From: Podarcis gaigeae
Taxonomy: Eukaryota
Assembly: GCA_964106915.2 (NCBI GenBank)
Contig: OZ066916.1
Reading direction: 5' to 3' (one strand)
DNA length: 64,000 nt
The notes beneath the pieces are model-generated. The model was not told where the DNA came from. It ran no database searches and saw only the letters and a program-made list of their open reading frames with translations. Below, in pieces: positions 38,217-52,340 of this stretch. Made by a program: the position numbers and the translations under genes. Position 1 is the stretch's first letter. The number at the start of each line of letters is the position of its first letter.

Positions 38217-38364
38217 TGGAGTTATGGTTAGGAGCTTGTAAATAGCTTGCAACTACTAACCATAACTCCAGGGTCACATGCGCAGAGACCAGCTGTTAGC
38301 TGTTACAGAAAATCTGCTGATATGGAGCTTACAGACAAGCTTCAACTAACAAAGAATCAGTGAT

Positions 38365-38545
38365 TACAGTGTAGGGCTAGGATTGTGAAGACCCAAACTG
38401 AAAGCCCCAGATTGACCTTGGGCCAGCCACACACTCTCAACCTAGCCTACTTCAAAGGGTTGTTGTGAAGTTAAGTAGGGAGGGGAAGAACCATGTTCTT
38501 CAACTTGTTCTCCTGGGTGGAAAAGCACAATTTAAATGTAATAAA
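38365..38545 (+). mobile_element. Old CORE/Squam3-like SINE
   Basis: tgaccttgggccagccac...cctagcctacttcaaagggttgttgtgaag core. Confidence 0.5.
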
Positions 38546-40287
38546 GAGAGACAGATATTCTTGTTACCCCAGATGATTGCAATAATGAATATTCTGAATG
38601 TGCCACAACAGTGTAATTTATAATCCTTTTATAATTGCTGGATATCTGACACCTAAAAAGTTAGACAATTATGCATTTCCAAACTTTCCTTTGATGAAGA
38701 ATTATTTTATTTTCCCCAGAAGGAAAGCGGCATACTTTTGGAATATGTATTTCCCAAGTCATACCTAAACACCGTCCAGAAGCATTTTAATATTTTTCTG
38801 TAATTTGAGACTTTGTACAAGAAGCCATTTTATTTCCCTAAGGCTAAGGGACTCTGCTTATCTTGCTAGACTATACACAAGGGGACTGGAAATTGGTTAG
38901 AAGTATCAGAATAATTCACTGAATTTCAGTTGAAAATGAAGTCCAATGGTAAAATGTGCATAATAGGCTAATTAGTATGATAGAAGCAAAATGAGTCTCA
39001 ACTGTTTTTTCTACATGTGTATACATGTGCTGTTCTTATTCATATGCCTTCCTCTGCTTAGCAGATCTGTAGGCTATCAGAAGCAATATACCAATTAAGA
39101 TACAAGCTCAACTTACTTTCATTGTACTTAGATCCTTCATCAGAAAAGCATTTTGCATACTAATTTTACATGGGCACTAATTGTAGTGTTGTGATCACTA
39201 AAATGCTTTTTCAAATAGCAATTTGGCACAGAATGTTCTTAATCAAAACAGTAGAATAAATGCAACTGCTTCCCAGCTTTTATTGAGCCAGAAGTTGTAT
39301 GCACGAGAACAGGCATTAGGGGGCTCTTCTGGAGCAAGAACGAAAAACATCGAGCATAAGATATCTTGAAGGGCTGGCAGGATTAAGGAAAGTAATCCGA
39401 CATGGATGCATCAGCCCAATTTGATCAGACAAGTTCCACCTACTTTAAGGCTAAATGGAAATTGTGTACCAAGATGATTTTTACAGCTAAAATGGCCAAC
39501 ACCATAAAGAAGTCTCCCCCCCCTTTCATAAGGAAATTAAGTCACCATCACCTGCTCATAATGATTATCTGAAACTAGAAGACATGAATGGTTTTGAGGG
39601 GAAGGACTCAAGGATATGGGAAGGGAAGAGAAAGGGCTTTTCTGTTCCCTTTTCCCTTTCCCGAAACCCAGTTCAGCCCTTGTAAAACCTGATCAGGACT
39701 GTAAGATAACTGTTTCAGGTTTACAGAAGCCCTCTTACGAGGAGTGGTGATATACTGAACATTCTGCTTGTTCTTCTTGTTATTTTATTTGTTGCTTTCT
39801 CCAAAAGATCTCCAAAGCTAATTACAGCAATAAACTTCACACAAATGTAGTTCATACAAATGCAACATTTAAAATCAACTAACAGAGAGAAAGTAATAGC
39901 AAAAGAACTAGGCATCGTATATTCTGTTTCCATGCATGCTACTCTGGCATATAGGGACTTAAATTTGAGGTAGAAACATCCCACTTTATATCCCCTGAAC
40001 ACTCCTGTTTTCACGGCTTAAGTATAGCCTTACATTTTTGTGACGTTATTATAAAGATCTGCCATTTCTATCAGATTTTTCAATTCAGAAAGTAGCATTT
40101 CTTTTATAAAAAAAAACCAACCTAACTTAACAGGTATTCATTCAAAACTATGCCATAAAAGACCTGCTTCAATAAGAACACCCCAACTCTTTTTACGATT
40201 TCAGCCGTGTGTCGTGTGTTGACATGCTTTGGTGTGTTCACATTTAGGGGTCCTGGGAAGATCGTATGTTCCAGTGAAAGTACATAC

Positions 40288-40375
40288 CTCCTTTTAAATC
40301 AGCCGATGCTCCCACATACTGGAAATTGTCCATATTAATCACATCAATTATAGGAGACACAACTCGGGTCTTGTC
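40288..40375 (-). CDS. GALNT2: GALNT2 exon 8 ([29 protein letters not shown])
   Basis: ttag / gtatgt boundaries; 88 nt. Confidence 0.97.
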
Positions 40376-41751
40376 CTAAAATAAATATTTGGAGGGGGGT
40401 GGAGTCAGTGTAAAAGATTCAGAGACGGAAAGTCGTTAAAACTTTTTGAAATGGATGGAAATTGTCACAAAATCCATACAAAGGCAATCTACTTTTCTAA
40501 TTATCCCTCCCTTGAAATGTATTTGCTAGAAAATTTTTCTCTATATTTAAGTTTTCCTTATGTCCTCAAGCCCCATTGTTCATTCTATACTTTATTTATG
40601 TGAAAAGTAGACCTGGATACTGAAGGCACCATTCACATGGCAAGCAACCGTAGTCTCAAAGCTGATGGCACCTGCCATCAAAGTCATAAATTTATTGGTA
40701 TTGTATCTTTCCTATAAGAAGTGTTTAACCTCTAATGCATCTGTTGGAGAGAGATTAGGCAGATGAGTTGATCAAGAACCCTCAAGCGAGCCTTGGATCT
40801 GAGCAGGAATTTGAATTTCCCCCCACATCCAAGGCCAATAATCCAGCTGGTAGGAGGATCATGAGGATCTGGGGAAGGATGAGGGCAACACAGTGGGATG
40901 GCACCAAATAAAATGGGTCAGGAGACAAGGAAAGGAACAGTCCAACCTGTTTGGGTGTGTTCAGGAAAGCAGAGGGGGGCTAATTATGGAACCCTACAGC
41001 TATTTCTCAATAAAATGTGTGCCAGGGAGGTTAGATGGCAACCAAGAGGAACCCCCAGGTAGCTGTGGGGCACAGGGAGCCCTGTGAAAAAGAGTGGAGG
41101 CCTATTCCTCTGTGTCTAGGCTGTGCATGATCGCCAAGCATGCAAGAAAAAGCAAGGAAGTGCTAAAGGTCCTGTGTACGACACACACAACTATTCACTT
41201 CTCTCTCTATCTTCTCTGCCCTCCCCTCCATTTCTTGCTTTGACTCCTATGACCTGCCTCTTTCTTCTTCACTCCATGGCCCCCTTCCCTCTGCTTCCAT
41301 TGAGTGCTTGTCCCTTCTCCTTACTTGCCTCTCTAACCCATCTCTTTCTGTATTTTTCAGCTTGGTCTTCAGTCCTCCACCTTTTGCTTGCTCCCCCAAA
41401 AACCAGCAGAGCCAAGTACTAGCACAGTTAAGTCTTAATGGTAAAAATGCAGGTCTTGAGGCAAGTGAGCAGCTTTACCCACCAGCTCCCTCACCTTCGT
41501 GTTTATCTTGGTTCATCCTCCTCTCTGGCTCTCTTTGTGAGTGCACACATGTGCACTTTTTAAATATAAAGATGTTTTACACTTGTGCATACCTCAGGGC
41601 TCCCTCCCCCCTGAGTCTCCCAATACCTCCCTCTTGAGTATGGTAGTGCTGTTTTGGCTACATAAGCAATGTCCCTTGAAGACTAAAAAGAGTTGTAATG
41701 ATGATTACAACAAGATTATGCTTACTCCTATTATACTGTCTATCCTACACT

Positions 41752-41896
41752 CAGTGCTTTCCCCACCAAGGGGTACTCAGGAGTACAAGGGTACACAGTA
41801 CCGGCACTTCTCTTTATTATTATTAAAAAGTGTAGTATGTCCTGTAACAACTTCATGGCAAGTACAGGCACCTATTTTTCTAGAAAAAAAGCACTG
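41752..41896. mobile_element. Short MITE (same family as 13647-13771)
   Basis: TIRs cagtgcttt / aaagcactg; shared internal ggggtactca and gtaccggcac motifs. Confidence 0.55.
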
Positions 41897-41916
41897 CTAA
41901 TGCTACTATAAAAGTA

Positions 41917-42153
41917 CAGTGGTACCTCGGTTTTCAAACGTCTCCGTTGACGAATGTTTCGGAACTTGAACAATGTAAACCTGGAAGTAAATGCTTTGGT
42001 TTTCAAACTCGCCTTGAATAGGAAATGTGGCTTCCGTACTGAGTTTTCCGTATTGAGACTTCCATTTTGAGGCTTCCGTTTTGAGTTTTTGGACGTTTCG
42101 GAACTTGAGCGGTATTCCAGAACGGATTACGTTCGAAAACCGAGGTACCACTG
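41917..42153. mobile_element. Tigger-like MITE
   Basis: TIRs cagtggtacctcggttttc / gaaaaccgaggtaccactg; TA TSD. Confidence 0.85.
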
Positions 42154-42942
42154 TATAACGTTTGCCCAGTATCATTGCCAGTTATTAAGTAAACCATTTC
42201 CAAACTGTCTGTAACAATAGCTGATTATAATATAAAAAATTCCTGAATTCAAAGTAACACCAAACAGAAGTGACAAAACTTGCCTGCTGTTAAAATAATC
42301 AGCTTTACAATAATGCATAACACAAAGGAATTTGACTACATTTTCTTGGAAAGAACCTCCAAACCCTTGTGGTTGCCTTTTCTGCAATTTTCCCAGTCTT
42401 ATGGTATGCTTCTTGATATGGGTTAAGTGTGTATCCCAAGTGTAACTATGCTATAGTAGGATGGCGATGTGATACAACCATTGTTTTCAAACACTTTCCT
42501 AATACCTAACAGAATTGAGGTCAAATCAATTGTTGGCTGACATGTCAACTATTGCTAGGTTTAATTATGTGTCCTACTAAACCAAGAACTACCCTCAGGA
42601 ATTCTTTATTTTAAATCAATGATTATTTACAAACAATTCTGATCTAATCATGTGAGGGGCAAAATGTACAAATCTCCCTGCCTGAAATACTACTTTTTCA
42701 AATTTCATTTCATTCATTTATTTGGTTAATTTACAGACCACCCTTCATCGAGTTATGATTACAGGGTTGTTCACAATACAGTAAAAAAACCACTATCCAT
42801 GGATGAAATCAGGAGTTCACAACTCTTTGTATCAAATTGGCATGCTAGTTAGTACACTGGGAATTATTTTGGAAGAGCGGTTTGAAATGAGATGCAGATT
42901 GAAAACAGCCACTACAAATGATTTTAAGCACCACAAAATTCA

Positions 42943-43176
<234 letters not shown>

Positions 43177-45772
43177 TCAGTTTAGTAATTCAGTTCAAAA
43201 AGAATCAGACTACTGACAAAGGGCAAAACAATTGAGTTTACTTATCATCCTGCTATACTTACACCTTCTACAACTTCTAGCCGAGGCTGTTGTTGGGTGA
43301 CAGGACAGTGAGCTAGACAGCCCATTAGACCAGATCCTAATAAACCTCTCTTGTGACTAATACAATCGCACTCGGCTTTCCTATTTTCGTGTTACTGAGA
43401 TTCACAACTGCCTTGTGTGAAGCATGAATCTGGTGTGCTTGTGGATGGACTTGTGCCGGTATTCCAAACTGGGCCAACAACTTCCCGCATCCTAACCACC
43501 GTGCGTATCCAGAGGTTGCAGCGGAATGAGGGAAGTCTCCCCTCTTCACATCATGGTGCCTGAAAATTAGGAGTGCCGCTGTAGCAAGTTCCTAAGCACT
43601 AAGGACATTATGGAACATAATTTTCCCAGCATCCCTGGTACCTGGGATGTTGCTGCAGCAGCAGCATTCTAAATTCCAAGCACCATGGAGGAAAAAGAGC
43701 ATCTCCCTTCCTGCACGCCGTTATCATTGCTCCTGAAGTGGAACGCTGCAGTCGCCATAATAAGGGGACCATGGGGGGAAGAATTAGGGAATCAGAGAGT
43801 GCTGTATTTCCAGGGATGTCAACAGGAGCACAGCACAGCCCCAACTGAGCTCTGAATTAACATAATTATTAGTTTGCTTGGGGGAAACAGCTCTATCTGC
43901 TGAGTCCAGCTCTAAACTAACCTAAAGTGAAATGTTGCCCATCACTACTTTACTTGGAAGCACTTAACACAAGAGGAAAGGGAAAACTTTCAGCAAACAC
44001 ATAAGCCTTGATATCTTACAGTGTTTCCATTTTTACATTCATCCAAAGTGTGTGATAAATAGCCTTGCAAGCATCACACAGACGCTAGTGCATTGCAGTT
44101 TGAATTTTTAATTTGCTTATTTCTCTCTACACCATATTGTGCTTTGTTCATCTAATAAGCTACCCATGTGTGCATCACTTCATATAAAGACTGAAAAGAC
44201 TACAAACATCCATGATGTAGTAATTAGATGTAATCACACATTCCAGTGCAATCCTCATTACTTTCTAGCTCTAATTCTTATGTGTTAGGCAGTCCCTCTC
44301 TGCTATAAAACTGATAATAGGAAGAACATTTTAGAATAATTTACGCTGAGATATTCACAACCTTAACCCTTTTCACGCCTCAGGGAACAACACTACTAAT
44401 GAGCTGTTAAAAATTGTATAGACCACACAGTTTAAACAAAACCAGTGGGGTGTTTTGTAAATCAACTCCAGTTTAAATTATTTTTTAATATATTTTGGTA
44501 GTATAAGGTCATGATAACTATACAAGGAAGGTATCTGGGATAAATAACCAGTCACATTATTAACAGATAACCACCAGTACTCTAGGTCAAAATGATGCTC
44601 ATGTTTCAGAAATAGAGAATATACAGGGGGGAAATACTGCAGTAAGAAATAACGGAAAACTTAGGAAAGGCAAATTATATAATTTAAAATTACTTGCACA
44701 TTTCATGTTCAACAAATCTCTTCAAAAGCACTCTTCTGGAGGTACTACCTCTTGAACTTTTCAACTCCTTCCCACCTTTTTGTTTCATTTGCCCAGGGGG
44801 AAACTTTTCTTCTGATAATATTCTCCTGAATTTTTTTTTTAAATACTGCTCTCTCAGAGATGTTTTTTTATGATCCAATAGCAGTACTGAAAGCTGCCTA
44901 TCTCCTTAACTTAGGAGCAATTATAATTTTTATGCACGAACCCAACAACACAGTGCCTTAACCCACCTTCCACTACCCAGTGGTCTGAATAACTTGCCAC
45001 TCTTTCTGCCTTTGAACATACAGCTTATAATAGTCAGTGTTGCATTTGGTCGTATACTTATCTATACATTTGTTAGGATCAATATAATAATTTTACTGTT
45101 AACCTCAGCTGACTATACTTCTCTCTTTCTCTCCGTCATATTTGCAAATATCTGTTAATAAGATAGTAGTAATCAATCATATCCAGCTCTTAATGACAGG
45201 TTATTGATTTTATTACTCTGTTTCTCAATGGCTGAAAACTAAGGTTTTGTATATTTTTGGCTAGCTTACAATATGTACTTTTTAATATCTTATAGTGCAA
45301 TTATTATGCATGTCTTTTCTTTTTTTTAAGAACCCTGTGCATTTTTTCAGCTCAGGAATCAATTGAGATGTGAATAATGAAATGCTATTTACGCCTCTAC
45401 CTGATCTTGCCAAACATTTCATTAAAGCTACTTTGTGAGCAATCTATACATGTTATGAACTCCAAAAGAAAACAAAGTTTTAAGTTCAGCACAAGAACAT
45501 CATTTAAATTTCACAGAATATAAGAACACTAGAATATTGCCACTGAATGATGAATTTGTTCAAACTTTGTAACAGAAGTTCCTGCAGATGCAACTATGCC
45601 ACTACTGACTATGAACTGGAAATACCTTCCATCTTTTAACTGCCTCCTCGGGTATATGTTGCACGGTTACAGGAATTTTGTAGATAATACAGCAGTTATC
45701 AAATGTAATCAATAAATTAATTTCTAGCTCACCCTTCCTCGCAAAGGAGTCTAGGGTAGAAAAGACTCCTTC

Positions 45773-46001
45773 TGGGTCTTCTCAGTAGTGGCGCCCTCCC
45801 TGTGGAACACCCTCCCTTCAGATGTCAAGGAAATAAACAACTATCTGACTTTTAGAAGACATCTGAAGGCAGCCCTGTTTAGGGATGTTTTTAATGATTG
45901 ATGCTTTATAACTTTTTTATATTTTGTTGAGAGCCACTCAGGCTGGCTGGGGAAACCCAGTCAGATGCGGGGGGGGGGGGGGGAGAGAATAAACAACAAC
46001 A

Positions 46002-46042
<41 letters not shown>
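45773..46042 (+). mobile_element. L2-clade LINE 3' end with microsatellite tail
   Basis: Same family as 24668-25032; (ATT)n at about 46004-46042. Confidence 0.7.
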
Positions 46043-46043
<1 letters not shown>

Positions 46044-46674
46044 GAACAAAGCGTGGTCTAGCCATCCACAGAGAACAAATTAACATTGACTTTGAAAGTT
46101 TCCATTCTACTGGAATGCCGCTGACGGTTTTATTGCTGCTGGTATTACAAATTACAATTTTTTTATTTCCTGACAATACATGTTACACCTACAAGGCAAG
46201 ATTCAATAATCATCTCCTACCATTAGGGAAGAAAATAAAAACATTAATTCATATACTTCTGAATGCTTAACTACTTGCGCTTTACAATCTTTTGCAGATA
46301 ACTAGGAGGCCAGGGATTCTAAATGCTTGTAACTTAGTTTCATAAAGAGCACCGACGATGCGGTTCAACTGAACAGTCAGTCTTTCTAACTTATGGCAGT
46401 AGAACAAAGCAATTAGACCACCAGCTTTCCACACTTGACTTCTAAAGCCTCTATATAGTTAGGAAGCTGTTGATTTAGGAAGGGCTCCAGGCCTCCAGTA
46501 CTGTGAAATGAGAGCATTTATAAAGTGAGCCAGAAGACAGAATAATAAAAGACTATCAAATTAAATAGCTGTCTCTTCCGCTCTATTCAGTGCATTTCAT
46601 TTCTCTACGTACCATACCTGCAACAAGAGCATGTTTTTCCTAATAACAAAAGTAATTCTGCCTGGAATTCTTCA

Positions 46675-46791
<117 letters not shown>

Positions 46792-47182
46792 TTAATCATT
46801 TGTTCATGTTGGCTCAAAAAACAGATGCGGAGAGTAACAATCAAAGACCTACAACTACCCAGGTTTTGGAGCTAAGAAATACCTGATAACTTCTTTTCTG
46901 GGGCAAACCTGCTTTACAGGACATAACTATGAGCATGGACAAAAAAATTCAGCTGAATACTGCTTAAATTTGTTTTTAAACATTCTGCTTTTAAATAGTG
47001 TTTTTTAATGTTTTTATTGTTTGATTATCATCTTTTTAAGGTACGCTGCTGTGATATGTTGTGTGATTTACAGGTATATAAATCCCTCTATAAATAAATA
47101 AATAAATAAATAAATAGATGGAAACTCAGCTCAAGCAACTAGATAGATCAATTGCTTGTGATCACAAGTCAAATTGCTGTAT

Positions 47183-47475
47183 TAGCAGCACTGAAGTGAG
47201 CTCCCCGGGTTGCAAGCCTAGGCAGTGTGTATGGAGGTCCTGGGCTGCCCAGACAACAAGACACACACACCCCGGCCTTGTTGATGTGGTCCAAAGGAAA
47301 GCAGAGCAATATGCTTGGCACCAGCTTGGCTGCAAGAGTTGCTGGGTGGAGGTGTACAAGGTGCCACCCAACTGCCTTAGGGACACCACTCTGGATTTGT
47401 GCAGGGTGTTAGCTTTTTCTACAACCCCAGGGGTGCACCCCATTGTTTCTCAAGACGGATGGATGCCAACAACAA
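47183..47475 (+). mobile_element. Short retroposon with RTE-like 3' end
   Basis: Ends in tctcaagacggatggatgcc(aac)n; family not certain. Confidence 0.4.
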
Positions 47476-47614
47476 GCTATTTCATTCATGACATCATAAA
47501 GAAAGTGTTAGCTTTGGTTGCTACAGACTAGGTAGGACCCTGACAAATACGTGCCAACCACAACCACAGAGAAATCCACTAGAGGTTCAACAACTATTTC
47601 AATATGTTATTTTA

Positions 47615-47755
<141 letters not shown>

Positions 47756-47813
47756 TTATCACCATATATCACCACATTAGAGCAGCCCCTTGCAGGTGAA
47801 GAAATTATTCTCA

Positions 47814-47948
<135 letters not shown>

Positions 47949-48169
47949 TTAGGCCTCTTATGTTTAGCAGTGCCATCTAAGCAAAGATGCTTACTGAAAG
48001 ATTCACAGCAGGCATCCATATTATATCTTGCAGGAGAGGAGGAATGGCAGAAAAGTCTGATGAACAATAAACTGCAATTCCATATGCTAAAATAAGCTCA
48101 GGAACAGCGTTAAAGATTGTGATTTGAGAACTGGTGGGGGAGTTCTGGGGCTGTTCTGTATGGCTGTTC

Positions 48170-48226
48170 TGCATGACTAGATGACCCTCACGGTCTCTTC
48201 CAACTCTACAATTCTATGTTTCTATG
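48170..48226 (+). mobile_element. CR1 3' terminal fragment
   Basis: gactagatgaccctc...tcttccaactctacaattctatg is a typical CR1 tail. Confidence 0.65.
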
Positions 48227-48454
48227 TGTGTAGTATTCTGAATGTTGCTGACATTTGAGTACATGTCACAGAGTACCAATTGTCATATAGGCCTCTGTAG
48301 AAATGTTATCCTTATGTTGCAAGAATTGTGTTTTTGAAGCGTTCCCTTGCATAGGTGCAAGGTCTACTTCTGTTCCTAGGCATAATGGAGAGGATACCAA
48401 CTTTTGTAACCACTCAAAACTCCCACATCATCTTTGCCCACTTATTATTATAGT

Positions 48455-48655
48455 AATTTCTTATTTATATGCTGCCATCTGACTGGGTTGCCCCAGCCAC
48501 TCTGGGTGGCTTCTAGCAAACTTCAGTGAAACATCACACATAAAAAAACTTCCCTATACAGGGCTGCCTTCAGATGTCTTCCAAAAGTCAGATAGCTGTT
48601 TATTTTCTTGACATCTGCTGGGAAGGCGTTCCACAGGGTGGGTACCATTACCAAG
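48455..48655 (-). mobile_element. L2-clade LINE 3' end, inverted relative to the 45773 copy
   Basis: ccccagccactctgggtggct...cagggctgccttcagatgtctt...gcgttccacagg. Confidence 0.7.
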
Positions 48656-49178
48656 ATCCATGCTGCACTAAGAGTTATCATTTCTGTGTGAGGTGGCATT
48701 TTGGCAAGGCAGACTCTTATTAGGTTGAGGACCTTCGAAAGAGGAAGCTCATCCTAAATGGCTCAGACAGTCCTCAACAGTGGATAAATCAAGCTGTGAA
48801 TCATCTGCACAACGGTATCCCATTAACCCTATTGTCAAACTGAAAAAGTATAATAATCACAAAATGCTTGTAGCTTAAGAGCAGTGTGGTGCACCAGTTA
48901 TGTTTAAATCAATTCCTACCAATGACAGCAGAAAATTGTGTCTAAAGCAATTCATTTGATCAGCTTTAATAGCCCAAGTTGAATATAGGCCTTCTAAAGT
49001 GAACCAAATCCTCAAAATATTTGAAGGGTCCATATAAAATTAAGCTGCTTAAAAGTCTCACTGGCAATATGACTGAAAAGCCTTGTTAATCCTTTGTTTA
49101 TTCCACTCCAGAATTAATCGGGGCAGGTAGCCTTCATGCATTTCTAGGCCTCTTTTAAACACATGACACAGGAAGGAA

Positions 49179-49228
<50 letters not shown>
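49179..49228. repeat. Compound (AT)n(GT)n microsatellite
   Basis: Direct reading. Confidence 0.95.
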
Positions 49229-49735
49229 TTTTTCTCCATGCATAGCAGGGCAGGTACTTTTATCTTTAGTCTATTTTATACGTTCCAATAGACCCTCAAG
49301 TATTTTAAAGCTTCTGTCTGAATAGAGGCCAATCCTTACATTATATTATGAAAAGCTTGAATACTGAAAGACTACAATTTTAGTGAGGGGGCTAAAAGAA
49401 GCAACTAATGGGGAAATAAGGAGCTGACTTTGTTTTGCCAACTTGTAAGGGAGTTTACCTTGGATATGAAACCACATGACAAATAGGCATAGCTTTGGAA
49501 GACAAACTGATACCATGAACAAGGTAGCAACACTGAACCTAGTTAATCAATGATCCCACCAAAGGAGCCAAGCCTTAGTTCTTAATGAGGTAGAAAACAT
49601 TTGTCTATATGATTTTAGATGGCATGTGGACCTCCTATGAATGAATGTGTCCCACTTTAAAAAGGTTAATATGGGGGGGGGGGAGAGGCAAAGTTACTTA
49701 AAGGAAGCCAATATATACAGCAAATTGGTACTTAC

Positions 49736-49889
49736 TGATCATGTCTAGTATCTGGTACACTTCTGTCCATGCGCAGCTTATCACTTTCCACTTGATTAAA
49801 CTTATTACGGGCATACGGGTCTTGGCCAGCTTTGACCATGGTGACTCCAACATAAGCTTCCTGGTCAAAATCTTGCCACCTAACTTTCC
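49736..49889 (-). CDS. GALNT2: GALNT2 exon 3 ([52 protein letters not shown])
   Basis: ttag / gtaagt boundaries; 154 nt. Confidence 0.97.
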
Positions 49890-50728
49890 CTAAGAAAAGG
49901 AAAATCTGGTGTTAACAGATCAAACACAAAATGCTGGTTTTGTAAAGACAATATACAATTAACAGAGAAGCACAGTAAAATTTCTAAATAGTCAGAATGG
50001 TGGGTGACATCTTTCCTTCAAACTCAACAGGTTCCCCCTCCCCTCCAGTCACACACCGGCCACGTTTGTATTATTGAATTTTGGTTAAACGAGCCAAGAT
50101 ATGCAAACATTTCAGGCACATATATGCAGCCACTTGCTTGCCCCTTTGTTCAATCACTCTTGCACAAGCAACCCCAAAAGCTCCAGTTAACCACAGCTTC
50201 CTATTCTATCCAAAGTAGGAACTTCCAAAGAAGTCAGAATATGAAACATAATTTAAGTTGGCTGGCATGTTCAGATATAACAGAAAGTGGGGTTAACTGC
50301 AGCATTCCGGCTTGTTTCTTTATTCATTCACATGAAAGGAAAAACAAAATGGCTGCATATGGGTGCCTGGAGCTCATGCAGATCCTGGCTTTGGGACTCC
50401 AAACATGGCTAAAGAGTCTTCCATGCCAGCCCTATCAACAGCATTTTGTTACAAGGTTCTGCAAGTACCATGCACTTTGTTGTAAAATAATAACAACAAC
50501 TGTGCACCAGCTGCTCAGTTTTAAAACCTATTGCAGAACTTGTGAAAAACTTAAAAGCGGGGCAAAACTACATGTTGCATTAAATGCATTAAGGAAGTTA
50601 AAATGACAAAAAAAAAATTGAACTAACTTAGCTGGGGCTGGCCCTGCCATTAGGCACAGTGAGGGGGCTGCCTTAGACAGCAGATGCAGAGGAATGTTGG
50701 AAGACAGGGCTGTATGTCTAGCTCTATA

Positions 50729-50978
50729 CAGTGGAACCTCTACTTACAGACGTAATCAGTTCCGGAGGTCCGTCCGTAAGTCAATCCAGGTCGCTGGTAG
50801 AAGTGCCGCTGTGCGCAGGTGCAATTGGCAGTAGTGTGCTTTTGTGCATGTGTAGACAGCTGCAGCCGCTTCTGCGCGTGCGCAAATCACGGCAAACCCG
50901 GTATTTACTTCCAGGTTTGCAGCGGTCGCATGTTGGATCGGATCCAAGTAGAGGCGGTCGTAAGTAGAGGTTCTACTG
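50729..50978. mobile_element. Tigger-like MITE, CpG-rich, nested in an older element (about 50635-51226)
   Basis: TIRs cagtggaacctctacttac / gtaagtagaggttctactg; TA TSD. Confidence 0.85.
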
Positions 50979-51531
50979 TACTCCCTTAAGCTAGCCTGCT
51001 GCCCTCAGCTGTAGTGAACACTACTGTGTCCGCAGTAAGATTCAGTGATCTGTCGAGTCTGCTTCTGTGCATGGAATGCACTTTTATGGAATGTACTTTT
51101 ATATCTGTAAACCGCCTTGCGATCCTCAGATGAAGAAATGTATTGAAATAAATTTAAATAAAGAAACAGAATGGAAAGCGCCATCTTCTCATTCTCTCAG
51201 GCAGCAAGCATTTTGGTCTGGTTCTGAATTGCTGGGACGGTGACAGACCAAGAGGAAGAGGTTTAAGGCTTTGCTCCTGCCCGATGCAAGTCACATCCCC
51301 CAAGCTGCAGTGACAAACAACAGTTCAAGAGGGAGACTGTGAGCCTGGTGTGTGCATGTATGCATTCGTGGGGGTTACCTTTTCCCTAATACTGTGACCG
51401 TTCTAATCCCTCTCCTCTCTCAGCAGTGGCCATTCAGGCCTGAAAACCCAGTCGCTTTAAATGCAATTAAGCTTTTAACATAATGTGTATTTCGGACCTT
51501 AAAAGGGTTCTTTACCCCAGCGACTCGGCTT

Positions 51532-51628
51532 ACTGTTCTTTCTTTCTTTGGTGATCACTCATAGCTGAGTAAGATTGTCTTCCATGAACACGGTCTTAAC
51601 AGTGAGTCGTAAGTGACTGTGGAGGCCA
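51532..51628 (-). mobile_element. RTE-like retroposon 3' fragment
   Basis: ttctttctttctttggtgatcactc...gagtaagattgtcttcca...gtgactgtggaggcca. Confidence 0.4.
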
Positions 51629-51978
51629 CTGACTTGTCCACAAACTACTGGAGATGAAGTAATATGATTTCATTCCAGCTAAGCCAGTTGACCCTGATGG
51701 GACTAAATCTGCTTCGATCCAACAACTCTAGCCTTACAAGTTAATGAACTGAATGAGTAGGTGCAGCAAAGCATCATAAACCACTGATAAACCTACATAA
51801 GATCTATCCCTCCCCGCCCCTCTCTCTCTCTGGAATGCATTATCATAAAAAATGCATACGCACAAATGATATGAAGCACAAGTAAGGGTAAACTGTCTCC
51901 ATTTCAGTTTGGCTCAGATACACCTGGTCAGCAGATACACATGGACTACTGAATTTAACAGGATCTATCGGGGTTCAA

Positions 51979-52340
51979 GGGACGCAGGTGGCGCTGTGGG
52001 TTAAAGCCTCAGCGCCTAGGACTTGCCGATCGAAAGGTCGGCGGTTCGAATCCCTGCGGCGGGGTGCGCTCCCGCTGCTCGGTCCCAGCGCCTGCCAACC
52101 TAGCAGTTCAAAAGCACCTCCGGGTGCAAGTAGATAAATAGGGACCGCTTACCAGCGGGAAGGTAAACGGCGTTTCCGTGTGCGGCTCTGGCTCGCCAGA
52201 GCAGCGATGTCACGCTGGCCACGTGACCCGGAAGTGTCTCCGGACAGCGCTGGCCCCCGGCCTCTTGAGTGAGATGGGCGCACAACCCCAGAGTCTGTCA
52301 AGACTGGCCCGTACGGGCAGGGGTACCTTTACCTTTACCT
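51979..52340 (+). mobile_element. Sauria SINE, young full-length copy
   Basis: Intact head and B-box, many retained CpGs, (accttt)n tail, perfect TSD tatcggggttcaag. Confidence 0.93.

Noticed and set aside
44363-44385. TTAA-CCCT start resembling a piggyBac terminus (possible PGBD5 substrate)
   Set aside because: No matching inverted terminus ending AGGG-TTAA was found downstream
50004-50606. 200-aa ORF antisense in GALNT2 intron 2
   Set aside because: Non-ATG start, no recognisable homology or domain; probably a chance ORF
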